Positions 9,756 to 19,178 of a stretch of DNA of 64,000 bases are shown here, one piece after another. The position numbers and the translations under genes were made by a program. Every line of letters begins with the position of its first letter. Within the stretch, counting starts at the first letter, position 1. Location of the stretch: contig JBIIEL010000006.1 of NCBI GenBank assembly GCA_044237845.1, positions 4,124 through 68,123 of the forward strand, written 5' to 3'. The notes beneath the pieces are model-generated. The model had not been told where the DNA came from and did not search any database. It saw only the letters and a program-made list of their open reading frames with translations. The DNA is from Rickettsiales bacterium (GTDB lineage Bacteria > Pseudomonadota > Alphaproteobacteria > Rickettsiales > UBA3002).

Positions 9756-10709
9756 ATGGCCGAGCATTTGAACATCCCCCAACCTGCTGACAAAAAACTG
9801 CCGAAACCCGACTGGATCCGCGTGAGAGCGCCGCAATCGCAGGGGTTTATGGATACGCACGCGCTGATGCGTAAAAACAAGCTGAACACCGTGTGCGAGG
9901 AAGCCGCCTGCCCCAATATCGGCGAATGCTGGAGCAAAGGCCACGCCACGGTGATGATTCTCGGCTCCACCTGCACCCGCGCCTGCGCCTTTTGTAACAT
10001 CGCGACCGGCGTGCCGGATAAGCTCGACCCGCATGAGCCGCATAACCTCGCAGAAGCCGTTGGCAAACTCGGTCTCAAACATGTAGTGATTACGAGTGTC
10101 GACCGCGACGATCTTGATGATGGTGGCGCCGCGCATTTCGCACAATGCATCGAATATATCCGTACCACCGCGCCGGATACGACGGTTGAGGTGCTAACGC
10201 CGGATTTTCTGCGCAAGGAGCACGCGATCCCCGTCATCGCCCATGCGCGGCCGGATGTGTTTAACCACAACATCGAAACCGTGCCCTCGCTCTATAAGCG
10301 TGTGCGGCCGGGCGCGCGTTATTTCAACTCGCTGCACCTGCTCAAGAAGGTGAAGGAGCTGGAGCCGGGTGTGTTCACTAAATCCGGCATCATGGTCGGC
10401 CTTGGCGAGACGGACGACGAAGTGCTGCAGGTGATGGATGATCTACGCGCGGCGGATGTCGATTTCATGACCATCGGCCAATATTTACAACCAACGCCAA
10501 ACCACGCACCGATCGACCGCTACGTCACGCCCGACCAGTTCCGCTATTACGAACGCGTGGCCTATACCAAGGGTTTCCTGATGGTTTCAAGCTCGCCGCT
10601 CACCCGCTCCAGCTACCATGCGGATGCCGATTTCGTGCGCATGCGCGACGCGCGGAATGCCAAACTCGCTGAACAGGCTGCGCCTGAAGCAGCGAATGAT
10701 AATCGGTAA
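9756..10709 (+). CDS. lipA: lipoyl synthase
   Basis: Motifs [13 protein letters not shown] and [11 protein letters not shown] chose ATG 9756 because AAGGAG (9741-9746) precedes it. The ORF track start at 9717 remains possible. Confidence 0.9.
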   Translation: MAEHLNIPQPADKKLPKPDWIRVRAPQSQGFMDTHALMRKNKLNTVCEEAACPNIGECWSKGHATVMILGSTCTRACAFCNIATGVPDKLDPHEPHNLAEAVGKLGLKHVVITSVDRDDLDDGGAAHFAQCIEYIRTTAPDTTVEVLTPDFLRKEHAIPVIAHARPDVFNHNIETVPSLYKRVRPGARYFNSLHLLKKVKELEPGVFTKSGIMVGLGETDDEVLQVMDDLRAADVDFMTIGQYLQPTPNHAPIDRYVTPDQFRYYERVAYTKGFLMVSSSPLTRSSYHADADFVRMRDARNAKLAEQAAPEAANDNR

Positions 10710-11167
10710 TGCCCTCCTTCTCCGAAACCCGCGTTCTCCCTTACTCCCCACAGCAGCTATTTGCGCTGGTGGTGGATATTGAAAAATACCCGGAGTTTCT
10801 GCCCTGGTGCCGCGCCGCGCGGGTGGTCTCGCGTGAGGCGGATGGTAGCTTTCTGGGTGAGCTGATAATCAGCTTCAATCACCTCACCGAACGCTATACC
10901 TCGCGCGTGACCGGCGTGCCGCCGGAAGCGAATAAAGCAGGAATTATTGAAGTAGCGCTCGTGAGTGGCCCCTTCTCTCACCTCAGTAACCACTGGCGAT
11001 TTGTACCACATACGAATGGCACCGAGCTGCATTTTGCCGTAGACTTCGCCTTCAAATCGAAGTTACTCAACAGCCTGATGGGCGGCGTATTCACCCGCGC
11101 GAGCGAAAAAATGGTCGCCGCCTTCACCACCCGCGCCGAGGCGCTTTATGGAAAGCCAACCGCATGA
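10709..11167 (+). CDS. SRPBCC/START-fold protein (RatA / COQ10 family)
   Basis: [34 protein letters not shown]... is typical of this family. It follows lipA directly, as is usual in alphaproteobacteria. Confidence 0.75.
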   Translation: MPSFSETRVLPYSPQQLFALVVDIEKYPEFLPWCRAARVVSREADGSFLGELIISFNHLTERYTSRVTGVPPEANKAGIIEVALVSGPFSHLSNHWRFVPHTNGTELHFAVDFAFKSKLLNSLMGGVFTRASEKMVAAFTTRAEALYGKPTA

Positions 11168-11517
11168 ATAGCCCCCATCCACGCTGGTTTACCGATGTGC
11201 GCCGCGCGATTGCTCTTGCGGCACTCATCATCGCCCTGTCGTTGGCCATGGGCACCGTTGGCTACCATCTGCTCGGTCATTTACTGTGGGTCGATGCGCT
11301 GCTCGAAGCATCCATGATCCTGGGCGGAATGGGTCCCGTGGCGCCGATGACGAATGACGCGGTGAAGATGTTTGCCTCGTTCTACGCGCTCTATAGCGGG
11401 CTGGTGATTCTCTCGACCACAGGCATGTTGCTCGCACCGTGGCTGCATAAGCTGGTGTACCACACCCATCGTCAGGCTCGCCGAGACGCGGAAGATGAAG
11501 AAAAAACGAAGTTATAG
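11164..11517 (+). CDS. small integral membrane protein, unknown function
   Basis: ORF with 3 hydrophobic segments. ATGA overlap with the preceding gene. Confidence 0.5.
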   Translation: MNSPHPRWFTDVRRAIALAALIIALSLAMGTVGYHLLGHLLWVDALLEASMILGGMGPVAPMTNDAVKMFASFYALYSGLVILSTTGMLLAPWLHKLVYHTHRQARRDAEDEEKTKL

Positions 11518-12489
11518 CAATTTGCGCTGGCGCAGATAAGCCATCGGTAAAATCGCAGCGATGAGCATAATTCCAAGCGCGATCGGGTAGCCCCATTGCC
11601 ACTCTAATTCCGGCATCAACTTAAAATTCATTCCATAAACCCCCGCGACCAAGGTCGGCGGCATAAAGATAAGCGATGCCACCGAAAGCACTCGGAAGAA
11701 GCCGTTCTGCTCGATACTGATCATTCCCAGCGTGGCATCCAGCAGAAAATTCACCCGCCCTGCGAGATGATTGCCATGGTCGCTCAAACCCGCGATGTCG
11801 CGGACAATAGAAGTCGCATGAGGCTCATGCACCACCCCCGAAAATTGGGCATGATGCCCGGCAAACACCACCGCCCGGCTGAAGGTCGTCAGACTCTCGT
11901 GAATTTTTGCGGTGATGTCGCCACAGCGGCCAATCCATTCCAGAATGGCCTAATAATCCGTTGCCGGCGCACGCTCACCCTGCTCACGATGCCTGAAAAT
12001 AGTACGCGTGATGCGGTCAATATCGCGCTCTACACGCTCCAAAATATCCGCTTGGCGGTTGATGATCGACTCAATCATCATCAGGAATATTGAAGGCCCA
12101 TCAAGATTCATCGGCGCTATTTTCTGGAAATGGGTGCTGAAACGGCGGAACGAAGTGGTATCGAGATAGCGTACAGTAAAGAGCATCTTTTCAGTCACGA
12201 TGAAGGTCACCGCGTGGGTCTGAGGCTCGCCACTATCGACCTTGGTTAGCATAGTTGACGTCATGAACAGTGCGCCCTTTTCCTCGTAGAGGCGGTTCGA
12301 GACCTCAATCTCGTTCATTTCCTCGCGGGTGGGGATGGGAATACCGAGCAGCTTTTCCGCTGCACGCTCTTCCTCCGACGTCGGCTTCAGCAAATCTATC
12401 CACAAAATTGCCGATGGTAGCGTCATTTCCGGCGACCATGGCAAACTAAGGATATGACCGTTCTCTTCAAAATAAATTTGCATCGGCAT
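11512..12489 (-). pseudogene. corA: magnesium/cobalt transporter CorA interrupted by a single in-frame TAG (11950-11952)
   Basis: ORFs 11950..12489 (CorA N-domain) and 11512..11871 (C-terminal TM domain with the GVYGMNF motif) are in the same frame. I translated the 26 codons between them (AILEWIGRCGDITAKIHESLTTFSRA) and found no further stop. Total length is about 325 codons, normal for CorA. Confidence 0.8.
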
Positions 12490-12566
12490 TCTCCTCGCGG
12501 CATCGCGTATGAAATAGCTATCCTTGAAGCGCGAAATACTGTCACTATTTATCTGAGGGAGCCCCT

Positions 12567-12992
12567 ATGTCAGACGATAAAAAACAATTACCCGCAGAAC
12601 AATGGCAACAGAAACTATCGCCAGAGCAGTTTTGTGTGTTGCGCGAAGCGGGAACCGAGCGCCCCTTCAGTAGCCCGCTCAACGATATCAAAGAAGCCGG
12701 CACTTTTGTGTGCGCAGGATGCGATGCGCCCCTGTTCCCCTCGAGCGTAAAATTCGACAGTGGCACCGGCTGGCCAAGCTTTTACGACGCGCTCCCCGGC
12801 AGCATCGAAACGCGTGTGGATAACGCACACGGAATGACGCACACCGAATATCACTGCGCACGATGTGGCGGGCATCAAGGCCATGTCTTCCGCGACAGCC
12901 CTACTCCCACCGGACTGCGTTACTGCAATAATGGTATTGCACTACGCTTTGAACCCGCGAGGATGGTGCCTCACAGCAACAGTTGTGAATAG
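12567..12992 (+). CDS. msrB: peptide-methionine (R)-S-oxide reductase
   Basis: CAGCDAPLF...GTGWPSF...CARCGGHQGHVF...RYCNN are the MsrB zinc and catalytic motifs. Confidence 0.9.
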   Translation: MSDDKKQLPAEQWQQKLSPEQFCVLREAGTERPFSSPLNDIKEAGTFVCAGCDAPLFPSSVKFDSGTGWPSFYDALPGSIETRVDNAHGMTHTEYHCARCGGHQGHVFRDSPTPTGLRYCNNGIALRFEPARMVPHSNSCE

Positions 12993-13061
12993 GATAAAAC
13001 AAAATACATAGATTCAACGGCTTGCCAGACAAGACTGCTGTATATGCAGGTGTAGAAATGC

Positions 13062-13077
13062 TAGACTTATAAGTCTA
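13062..13077. promoter_or_regulatory. perfect 16-bp palindrome TAGACTTATAAGTCTA upstream of ftsB
   Basis: Read directly from the sequence. It lies about 40 nt upstream of the ftsB-like start and is AT-rich with no loop, so it looks like an operator rather than a terminator. Confidence 0.4.
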
Positions 13078-13113
13078 AATAACAGGATTGGGGGCTCTGA
13101 CCCTCGACGTTAC

Positions 13114-13449
13114 GTGATGGAGTGGCGCGCCATGCTGGTGCGAATAACAAAACAGTCCAAGTCTCCCACCCGTGTGATTCAGCCGCTGATGTGGCTGTTA
13201 CTGACGTTCTATATCGGCTATCACGCTCTGCATGGCGAGCGCGGACTTTACGCATTGATGCGTGAACGTCATGAGTTAGCGGCCCTCAAAACAGAATATC
13301 AATCAACCAAAACAGATCGAGAAAAAACCGAGATCCGTGTCACTCATCTACGTGATGAATCGCTTGACCGGGACTTGCTAGACGAGCAAATGCGCCGTAT
13401 GATGGGCATGATGAAGAAAAATGAAGTGATGCTGCTCGACGAAGAATAG
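13114..13449 (+). CDS. ftsB: cell division protein FtsB/DivIC (septum formation initiator) family
   Basis: One N-terminal TM helix followed by a coiled coil (GERGLYALMRERHELAALKTEYQSTKTDREKTEIRVTHLRDESLDRDLLDE). The exact start is uncertain (GTG 13114 or ATG 13117/13135). Confidence 0.7.
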   Translation: MMEWRAMLVRITKQSKSPTRVIQPLMWLLLTFYIGYHALHGERGLYALMRERHELAALKTEYQSTKTDREKTEIRVTHLRDESLDRDLLDEQMRRMMGMMKKNEVMLLDEE

Positions 13450-13455
13450 TCGTAA

Positions 13456-14430
13456 CTATTTCATCAACCCCACTTCTTTGTAATACCGCAAAGCGCCAGG
13501 ATGAATCGGGGCAAGCAATCCCTCAGATACGGCATGTTGACGATTGAGCGTTGCGAATACAAAATGTAGGGTTTTAAACGCCTCAAAGTTATCGAACACC
13601 GCTTTAGTAAGTTGGTAGACCGCCTCTTCATCCATCGATGCCGAGGTAGTTAAGGTGGCGCGCACACCAAATGTCGCGATGTTTTGTTTATTACCGAGAT
13701 ACATTCCAGCAGGAATTAAGGCCCGCGTATAGTACGGATTATTGGCGAGCAAACCATCCACCTCTTTACCGTCGACCGCAATCAACTTTGCACCGCAGCT
13801 ACTGGTTGCTTCCTGAATCAATCCATTAGGATGTCCAATTGGTACCACCATCGCATCGATTTCACCCGCACATAGTGCACGTACCGCCTCGGCAGGTTTT
13901 AGTTCCGAGGTTTTTGAAAAATGATCAGGGATGGCGCCATGCGCCCCTGCCAAGGTTGCCACAACTTCGTGCATACCTGAAGCAGCATCACCGATATTTA
14001 CGCGTTTGCCTTTTAAATCCGAGAATTTGGTAATGCCACTATTCTTGGCTGCTGCCACCGTCAACATCTCACTATGCAGCGAGAGAATTGAACGTATATC
14101 ATTATACGGCCCCGCATCAGCAAACACACCTTCGCCTCGGTAAGCCTTGTATTGCCAATCCGATTGCGCGATAGCAAAATCAACATCCCCGTTGCGCAAA
14201 GCATAAATATTCGCGATAGAACCGCCGGTTGACTCAGCATAACAATGATAGCCATGCTCTTTGCCAGAGCGGTTCACCAACCGACAAATCGCACCACCCG
14301 CCGGGTAATAGACGCCATTCACGCCACCAGTGGCGATGGTCATCACTTTTCTATCCTTGGCATAGGATACAGCCGACAGGCTCACCAAAGATACGAAAGA
14401 AAAAAGCGCAACTATAACGGAACGACGCAT
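13456..14430 (-). CDS. TAXI-family TRAP transporter solute-binding protein
   Basis: Signal peptide, then MTIATGGVNGVYYPAGGAICRLVN...ESTGGSIANIYALRNGDVDFAIAQSD, which is the TAXI signature. No adjacent permease gene. Confidence 0.75.
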   Translation of the reverse strand: MRRSVIVALFSFVSLVSLSAVSYAKDRKVMTIATGGVNGVYYPAGGAICRLVNRSGKEHGYHCYAESTGGSIANIYALRNGDVDFAIAQSDWQYKAYRGEGVFADAGPYNDIRSILSLHSEMLTVAAAKNSGITKFSDLKGKRVNIGDAASGMHEVVATLAGAHGAIPDHFSKTSELKPAEAVRALCAGEIDAMVVPIGHPNGLIQEATSSCGAKLIAVDGKEVDGLLANNPYYTRALIPAGMYLGNKQNIATFGVRATLTTSASMDEEAVYQLTKAVFDNFEAFKTLHFVFATLNRQHAVSEGLLAPIHPGALRYYKEVGLMK

Positions 14431-14456
14431 CCAACCACCCTCATATAAGAAAGGGA

Positions 14457-14909
14457 CTAGTATAACCGATTCATATACTCAGTCCAGAACCGTTCGAGAT
14501 TGTGCATGGATTTGTTAGCTTCCATCAAGAACGCTAGGCCTGGGCTACGCTTATCGAGATCTGCTACATTTCGCTCAATCAACGCATCCATTTTTTCAAC
14601 GAGACTTAGACCTTTTTCCGACAGTTTTACGCGCGTCGAACGCTTGTCATGCGGCGCTTTTTCCTGCACCAAATAGCCTGTACCCACGAGATGTTTCACG
14701 TTATAGGATACGTTTGTACCGAGATAGTAGCCACGGTTAATCAACTCGCCCACCGTGAGTTGATCGACCCCGATATTATAGAGAATCAGCGTTTGTACGT
14801 TGTTGATATCCTCAACCTTGAGGCGATCAAGCTCGCTTTTTACCACGTCGAGAAAACGGCGGTGCAAGCGTTCGATCAGCAAAATGGTCTCAAGATAGGT
14901 TTTTTTCAC
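14457..14909 (-). CDS. MarR-family winged-helix transcriptional regulator
   Basis: 150 aa. The wHTH region LTVGELINRGYYLGTNVSYNVKHLVGTGYLVQEKAPHDKRSTRVKLSEKG matches the MarR pattern. Confidence 0.7.
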   Translation of the reverse strand: MKKTYLETILLIERLHRRFLDVVKSELDRLKVEDINNVQTLILYNIGVDQLTVGELINRGYYLGTNVSYNVKHLVGTGYLVQEKAPHDKRSTRVKLSEKGLSLVEKMDALIERNVADLDKRSPGLAFLMEANKSMHNLERFWTEYMNRLY

Positions 14910-15034
14910 AGGTCTCTCCGTTTAGGTAACACTAGCTGTCATTAGTTGCGTACAGGTTCAAAAAGTCAAGTAGTCCAAGCGAGTTAGCCCCAACCGCATG
15001 AAGATGGTCCTTAGTGTTGCCATAAATTGCGCGC

Positions 15035-16525
15035 TTATTCAAGCAATGCTGGGTCAGAAGTCAACCGTACTGTGACGAGCGTTCCTTTACCAAGCTCGCT
15101 TTCCACTTTGATTTTGCCGTGATGTAATTCTACCAGCCTCTTAGTCAGCGGCAAGCCAAGACCTGCGCCTTCGTATTTACGATTGAGTCCCGAGTCTGAT
15201 TGATTGAACGTCAGGAAGGCCTTCGCCACATCTTCTTGCGACATACCGATGCCAGTGTCTTGGATTTCGATGACAAAATAATGGACACCATTTTTCGCGG
15301 CTTCAGCGCTCGCGCGTATCACCACTTTGCTACCCTCATTGCTGAACTTAATCGCATTCGACAGCAAGTTGAGTAAAATTTGTACCAGTCGCACACGGTC
15401 GGCGTAAATCTTTGGTAGTTTTTCAGGAAGATCCGTATAAATATCGATTTTACGCTCCAGCGCCTGCCCGCTAATAATATTCAGCGTTTTTTCAATAATT
15501 TTCGACAAATTCAGCTGCTCAAATTTTATACTGAGCGTACCTGTTTCCGCCTTCGAGAGGTCGAGAATATCATTAATTACATCAAGTAAATGACGACCTG
15601 ATTCATGAATATCGTGCGCATATTCCGTATATTTAGGATGCCCCATGGGACCAAACTGCTCTGACTCAAGCATCGTTGAGAACCCAATGATAGCATTGAG
15701 CGGTGTACGGAGTTCGTGGCTGACATTGGCCAAGAATTGTGATTTAGCTTGGCTTGCTACCACAGCAGCGTGACGTGATTTCTCAAGCTCAGCGCTTTTG
15801 CGTGTGAGCCTTGTGTCACGGTCTTCAATTTCATGCAGCATCGCGTTGAACGACTCCGTCAGCGCATCAATTTCTTTTGGCACAACAGAAAGTGTCCCAA
15901 TCACCACCCGTAGCGAATAATCCTTATATAGCGAAACACGTTGCGCAGTCGTTGCGATTTGGCGAATGGGGGTCAGCAATATGCGCTCTAACTCCAACCC
16001 AAGCATCCAGTTCAGCAACCCCACCACAATACAAGCCGCAACAGCAAATAAGAGGCAACGCACAAGGGCGGCCATGACGTTTGGCTCCATCACGACAAGC
16101 ACTACATCTCCACTTGATTGTGGCAATGAAGGGTTGGTGATCGGCACGCGTACCAGTATATTGCTTTTTTCTATCTGTGCGAGCGAGGTTGCCTCACAGT
16201 TGGCAACCTCCTTATCGACCGTTTCAAGTGCATTGCCGTAGACACTGGCCCGCACTGCGCCTTCTGCACTCACAATGCATGCTAATTTTAGCGATGGATT
16301 GACCGTTGCCGGCTTGAGTAATGCATTTAATTCCGCCGTCGATGCCACACCTTTGTCCCATAGGCCTACCGCGATCATGGTCGCTTGCGTCTGCAGCTCA
16401 TGTGCGACCGCCGCTTTGCGCTCCGCCGCCGTAGCAAAGAGCAGACTACCCGTCAACAACGGCACAAGAATCGCGCATAGTAGCACGATATGATTACGGT
16501 AAAGCTGCTGAATCGAAAATCCCAT
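15035..16525 (-). CDS. membrane sensor histidine kinase (TM-HAMP-HisKA-HATPase)
   Basis: H-box [16 protein letters not shown]-box [10 protein letters not shown]-boxes DTGIGM and GAGLGL. No cognate response regulator is adjacent. Confidence 0.85.
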   Translation of the reverse strand: MGFSIQQLYRNHIVLLCAILVPLLTGSLLFATAAERKAAVAHELQTQATMIAVGLWDKGVASTAELNALLKPATVNPSLKLACIVSAEGAVRASVYGNALETVDKEVANCEATSLAQIEKSNILVRVPITNPSLPQSSGDVVLVVMEPNVMAALVRCLLFAVAACIVVGLLNWMLGLELERILLTPIRQIATTAQRVSLYKDYSLRVVIGTLSVVPKEIDALTESFNAMLHEIEDRDTRLTRKSAELEKSRHAAVVASQAKSQFLANVSHELRTPLNAIIGFSTMLESEQFGPMGHPKYTEYAHDIHESGRHLLDVINDILDLSKAETGTLSIKFEQLNLSKIIEKTLNIISGQALERKIDIYTDLPEKLPKIYADRVRLVQILLNLLSNAIKFSNEGSKVVIRASAEAAKNGVHYFVIEIQDTGIGMSQEDVAKAFLTFNQSDSGLNRKYEGAGLGLPLTKRLVELHHGKIKVESELGKGTLVTVRLTSDPALLE

Positions 16526-16654
16526 CGTGCGAGGCTACACCATGAAAAACGGGAAATCACCCGTTTCTGCTCAGTTATTCACTCTCTGTTACAAATTATA
16601 TCATTTGCGAGGTTCCAAGCCACATGTTACCTGCCTCCTCAGTGAGGTAAAACT

Positions 16655-18478
16655 ATGTGTGGCATCATTGGTGTTATTGGCAATCAACCTGCAGCAGCGC
16701 TGGCGCTCGGTGCATTGAAACGTCTGGAATACCGCGGCTATGATTCCGCTGGCATCGCCACGCTGGTAGATGGACGCATCGAGCGTCGCCGCGCGCAAGG
16801 CAAACTAGCTGCGCTGGAGGCAGCACTGACTGCATCCCCCCTTGGTGGCACATTGGGCATCGGCCACACGCGCTGGGCGACGCACGGACTGCCGAATGAG
16901 ACCAACGCCCACCCGCACGCGACGGATAAAGTGGCGGTGGTGCATAATGGCATTATCGAAAATTTTCAGGAGTTACGGGCGGAGCTGGAGGCACTGGGGC
17001 ATCGCTTCACCAGCCAGACGGATACCGAGGTGGTGCCACAGCTCATTACCCTTTACCTGGCACAGGGCAAATCACCGCGCGAAGCAGTGAGTGCCACCTT
17101 AAAGCGTCTGCATGGCGCTTTTGCGCTCGGCATTATTTTTGCCGATGCGCCGGATGTGATTTATGCCGCGCGCCTTGGGTCACCGCTCGCCATCGGTCTT
17201 GGTGAGGGCGAAAACTATCTCGGTTCCGACGCGGTGGCGCTCGCCCCCCTCACCCGCAAGATTTGTTACCTCGCGGAAGGCGACTGGGCCGAAATTCGGC
17301 GGGAAAGCGTAACGATTTATGACAAAAACGATGTCGTGGTTGAACGTCCTTATAAAATCAGCGCCCTCACCGGCGCCTCGACGGGCAAAGGCGACTACCG
17401 CCATTTCATGCAGAAAGAAATTTACGAGCAGCCCTCCGTCATCGGCCAAACGCTCAACGTCTATTATAATCCCACCACCGCGCGCGTAGCGATGCCTGCA
17501 CTGCCGTTTGACCTTAAAGATATTACCAATATCACCATCGTCGCCTGCGGCACGTCCTACTATGCGGGCCTCACCGCACGTTACTGGATTGAGGCGCTCG
17601 CCCGAATCGCCGTCGATATCGATGTGGCGTCGGAGTTCCGCTACCGCGAACCGGTGATGCAAAAGAATGGCCTCACCATTGTTATCTCGCAATCTGGCGA
17701 AACGGCAGATACCCTCGCCGCGCTGCGTTATGCCAAAGCGCAAGGGCAACATACGCTGGCCATCGTCAACGCGCCGGAATCCAGCATGTCGCACGAGGCA
17801 GAGGCCACGCTCTACACCCATGCGGGGCCTGAAATCGGCGTCGCGAGCACCAAAGCCTTCACCACGCAACTCACCGTGCTCGCCTGCTTCGCGCTGGCGC
17901 TTGCCGATGCACGCGGCACACTGAATGCTCCTGAAATGGCGCGCCTCACCCATGCGCTGGCAGAAGTGCCTGCCCGCGTGGCCGAGGTGCTGCATAACGG
18001 CGAGGAACTGGAAAAACTCGCGCAGAAAATTCAGCACGCCAAAGACATGCTCTATATCGGCCGTGGGACAAGCTTTGCCATCGCCCACGAAGCCGCGCTC
18101 AAGATGAAAGAAATTTCCTACATTCATGCCGAGGCTTATGCGGCGGGCGAAATGAAGCACGGCCCTATCGCGCTGATTGACAAATCCGTGCCAATTATTG
18201 CCATTGCACCCAAGGATCACCTGTTCGAAAAAACCGCGAGCAACATCCAGGAAGCCGCCGCACGCGGTGGCCGCATTATTGTGATGTCAGATGCCGAGGG
18301 TATCGCCGCGCTAGGCAATATCGTCAGCGAATCGATGACGCTGCCGACGGTTCATCCCTTCGTAACGCCGATTCTCTATGCGATTCCGGCACAACTCCTC
18401 GCCTATTATACAGCAGTGCTGAAGGGTACGGATGTTGATCAACCGCGCAACCTCGCGAAATCAGTGACCGTTGAATAG
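16655..18478 (+). CDS. glmS: glutamine--fructose-6-phosphate aminotransferase
   Basis: MCGIIGVIG N-terminal nucleophile, two SIS domains, and the C-terminal LAKSVTVE. Confidence 0.95.
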   Translation: MCGIIGVIGNQPAAALALGALKRLEYRGYDSAGIATLVDGRIERRRAQGKLAALEAALTASPLGGTLGIGHTRWATHGLPNETNAHPHATDKVAVVHNGIIENFQELRAELEALGHRFTSQTDTEVVPQLITLYLAQGKSPREAVSATLKRLHGAFALGIIFADAPDVIYAARLGSPLAIGLGEGENYLGSDAVALAPLTRKICYLAEGDWAEIRRESVTIYDKNDVVVERPYKISALTGASTGKGDYRHFMQKEIYEQPSVIGQTLNVYYNPTTARVAMPALPFDLKDITNITIVACGTSYYAGLTARYWIEALARIAVDIDVASEFRYREPVMQKNGLTIVISQSGETADTLAALRYAKAQGQHTLAIVNAPESSMSHEAEATLYTHAGPEIGVASTKAFTTQLTVLACFALALADARGTLNAPEMARLTHALAEVPARVAEVLHNGEELEKLAQKIQHAKDMLYIGRGTSFAIAHEAALKMKEISYIHAEAYAAGEMKHGPIALIDKSVPIIAIAPKDHLFEKTASNIQEAAARGGRIIVMSDAEGIAALGNIVSESMTLPTVHPFVTPILYAIPAQLLAYYTAVLKGTDVDQPRNLAKSVTVE

Positions 18479-18479
18479 T

Positions 18480-19178
18480 CTAGAGCGCGATCAGAGGCAG
18501 CAATAACGCACCAGCCGCATAGATAACCACGCGCTTTGTCTTGGGCACGAGTAATTTTAGTACATAAATGGGCAGAATAAACTTCCACAGCGCAAAAGGA
18601 AGCAGCGCCCCCATCAAGGTGAACCACCATATCCACGGCTTGGTGAAGGGCGATGCTTTATTGCCTGCCGCACGATACATAAGCAACGCGATGACAAGCA
18701 TCACGAAGCCGGTTTGAATGAATCCGTAAATGGTTCCCTCGGCCAGCGTGCGCGCGAGCGCCACCGCCATGAGTGCGTAGGAATAAATGCTCGAGGAAAT
18801 CCAGCCCTGCTGCCAGTGAATTGCGGCGAGAATGAGTACCATCGTGCCATAGAATGTGTAGAGAACGAACGGCTCGCTGATACCGAAATGCAGGAAATAA
18901 GCGATAAACATGACGCCGCATACTGCCTCGATCACTGTATAGAGCGCCGGGATTTCACCCGTACAATAACGGCATTTACCGCGTGTCATCAGCCACGAAA
19001 GGATAGGAAAAAGGTCAATCGGGTTCAAATCTGCATTGCAATGCCCGCAGAACGGATGACGCTCGAACGGTGTTTTCCCAAGCGGAAGACGATACACCAC
19101 TGAACAGGCGTAATTCCCAACTGCCGGGCCAATCACCAGCATCATAATGATGCCGATAAGGGTAAATTCCCCGATCAA
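18480..19178 (-). CDS. prepilin peptidase (A24) homologue lacking both catalytic aspartates
   Basis: The N-terminal Cys4 domain is clear (VVYRLP...CGHCNADLNPIDLFPILSWLMTRGKCRYCTGEIPALYTVIE). The polytopic C-terminal region contains no Asp at all. Confidence 0.7.
   Translation of the reverse strand: MIGEFTLIGIIMMLVIGPAVGNYACSVVYRLPLGKTPFERHPFCGHCNADLNPIDLFPILSWLMTRGKCRYCTGEIPALYTVIEAVCGVMFIAYFLHFGISEPFVLYTFYGTMVLILAAIHWQQGWISSSIYSYALMAVALARTLAEGTIYGFIQTGFVMLVIALLMYRAAGNKASPFTKPWIWWFTLMGALLPFALWKFILPIYVLKLLVPKTKRVVIYAAGALLLPLIAL

Noticed and set aside
11164-11517. TVGY-containing small membrane protein considered as a K+ channel pore fragment
   Set aside because: The sequence GTVGYH lacks the full TVGYG filter within a pore-helix context. 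The protein is too short for a channel subunit. I kept it as a hypothetical membrane protein.
16545-16570. Hairpin AAACGGG-aaatca-CCCGTTT between the histidine kinase gene and glmS, considered as a glmS riboswitch or terminator
   Set aside because: It is far too small for the glmS ribozyme, which is also not expected in proteobacteria. It has no U-tract and lies upstream of both divergent genes. I left it unannotated.
16587-16604. Pho-box-like sequence TGTTACAaattATATCAT upstream of glmS
   Set aside because: Only the first hexamer matches. The second is ATATCA/TATCAT with wrong spacing or mismatches. It shares neither of the conserved cores found at the five orphan promoters.
17180-18220. 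346-aa ORF antisense to glmS
   Set aside because: Same reasoning: glmS on the plus strand is unambiguous.
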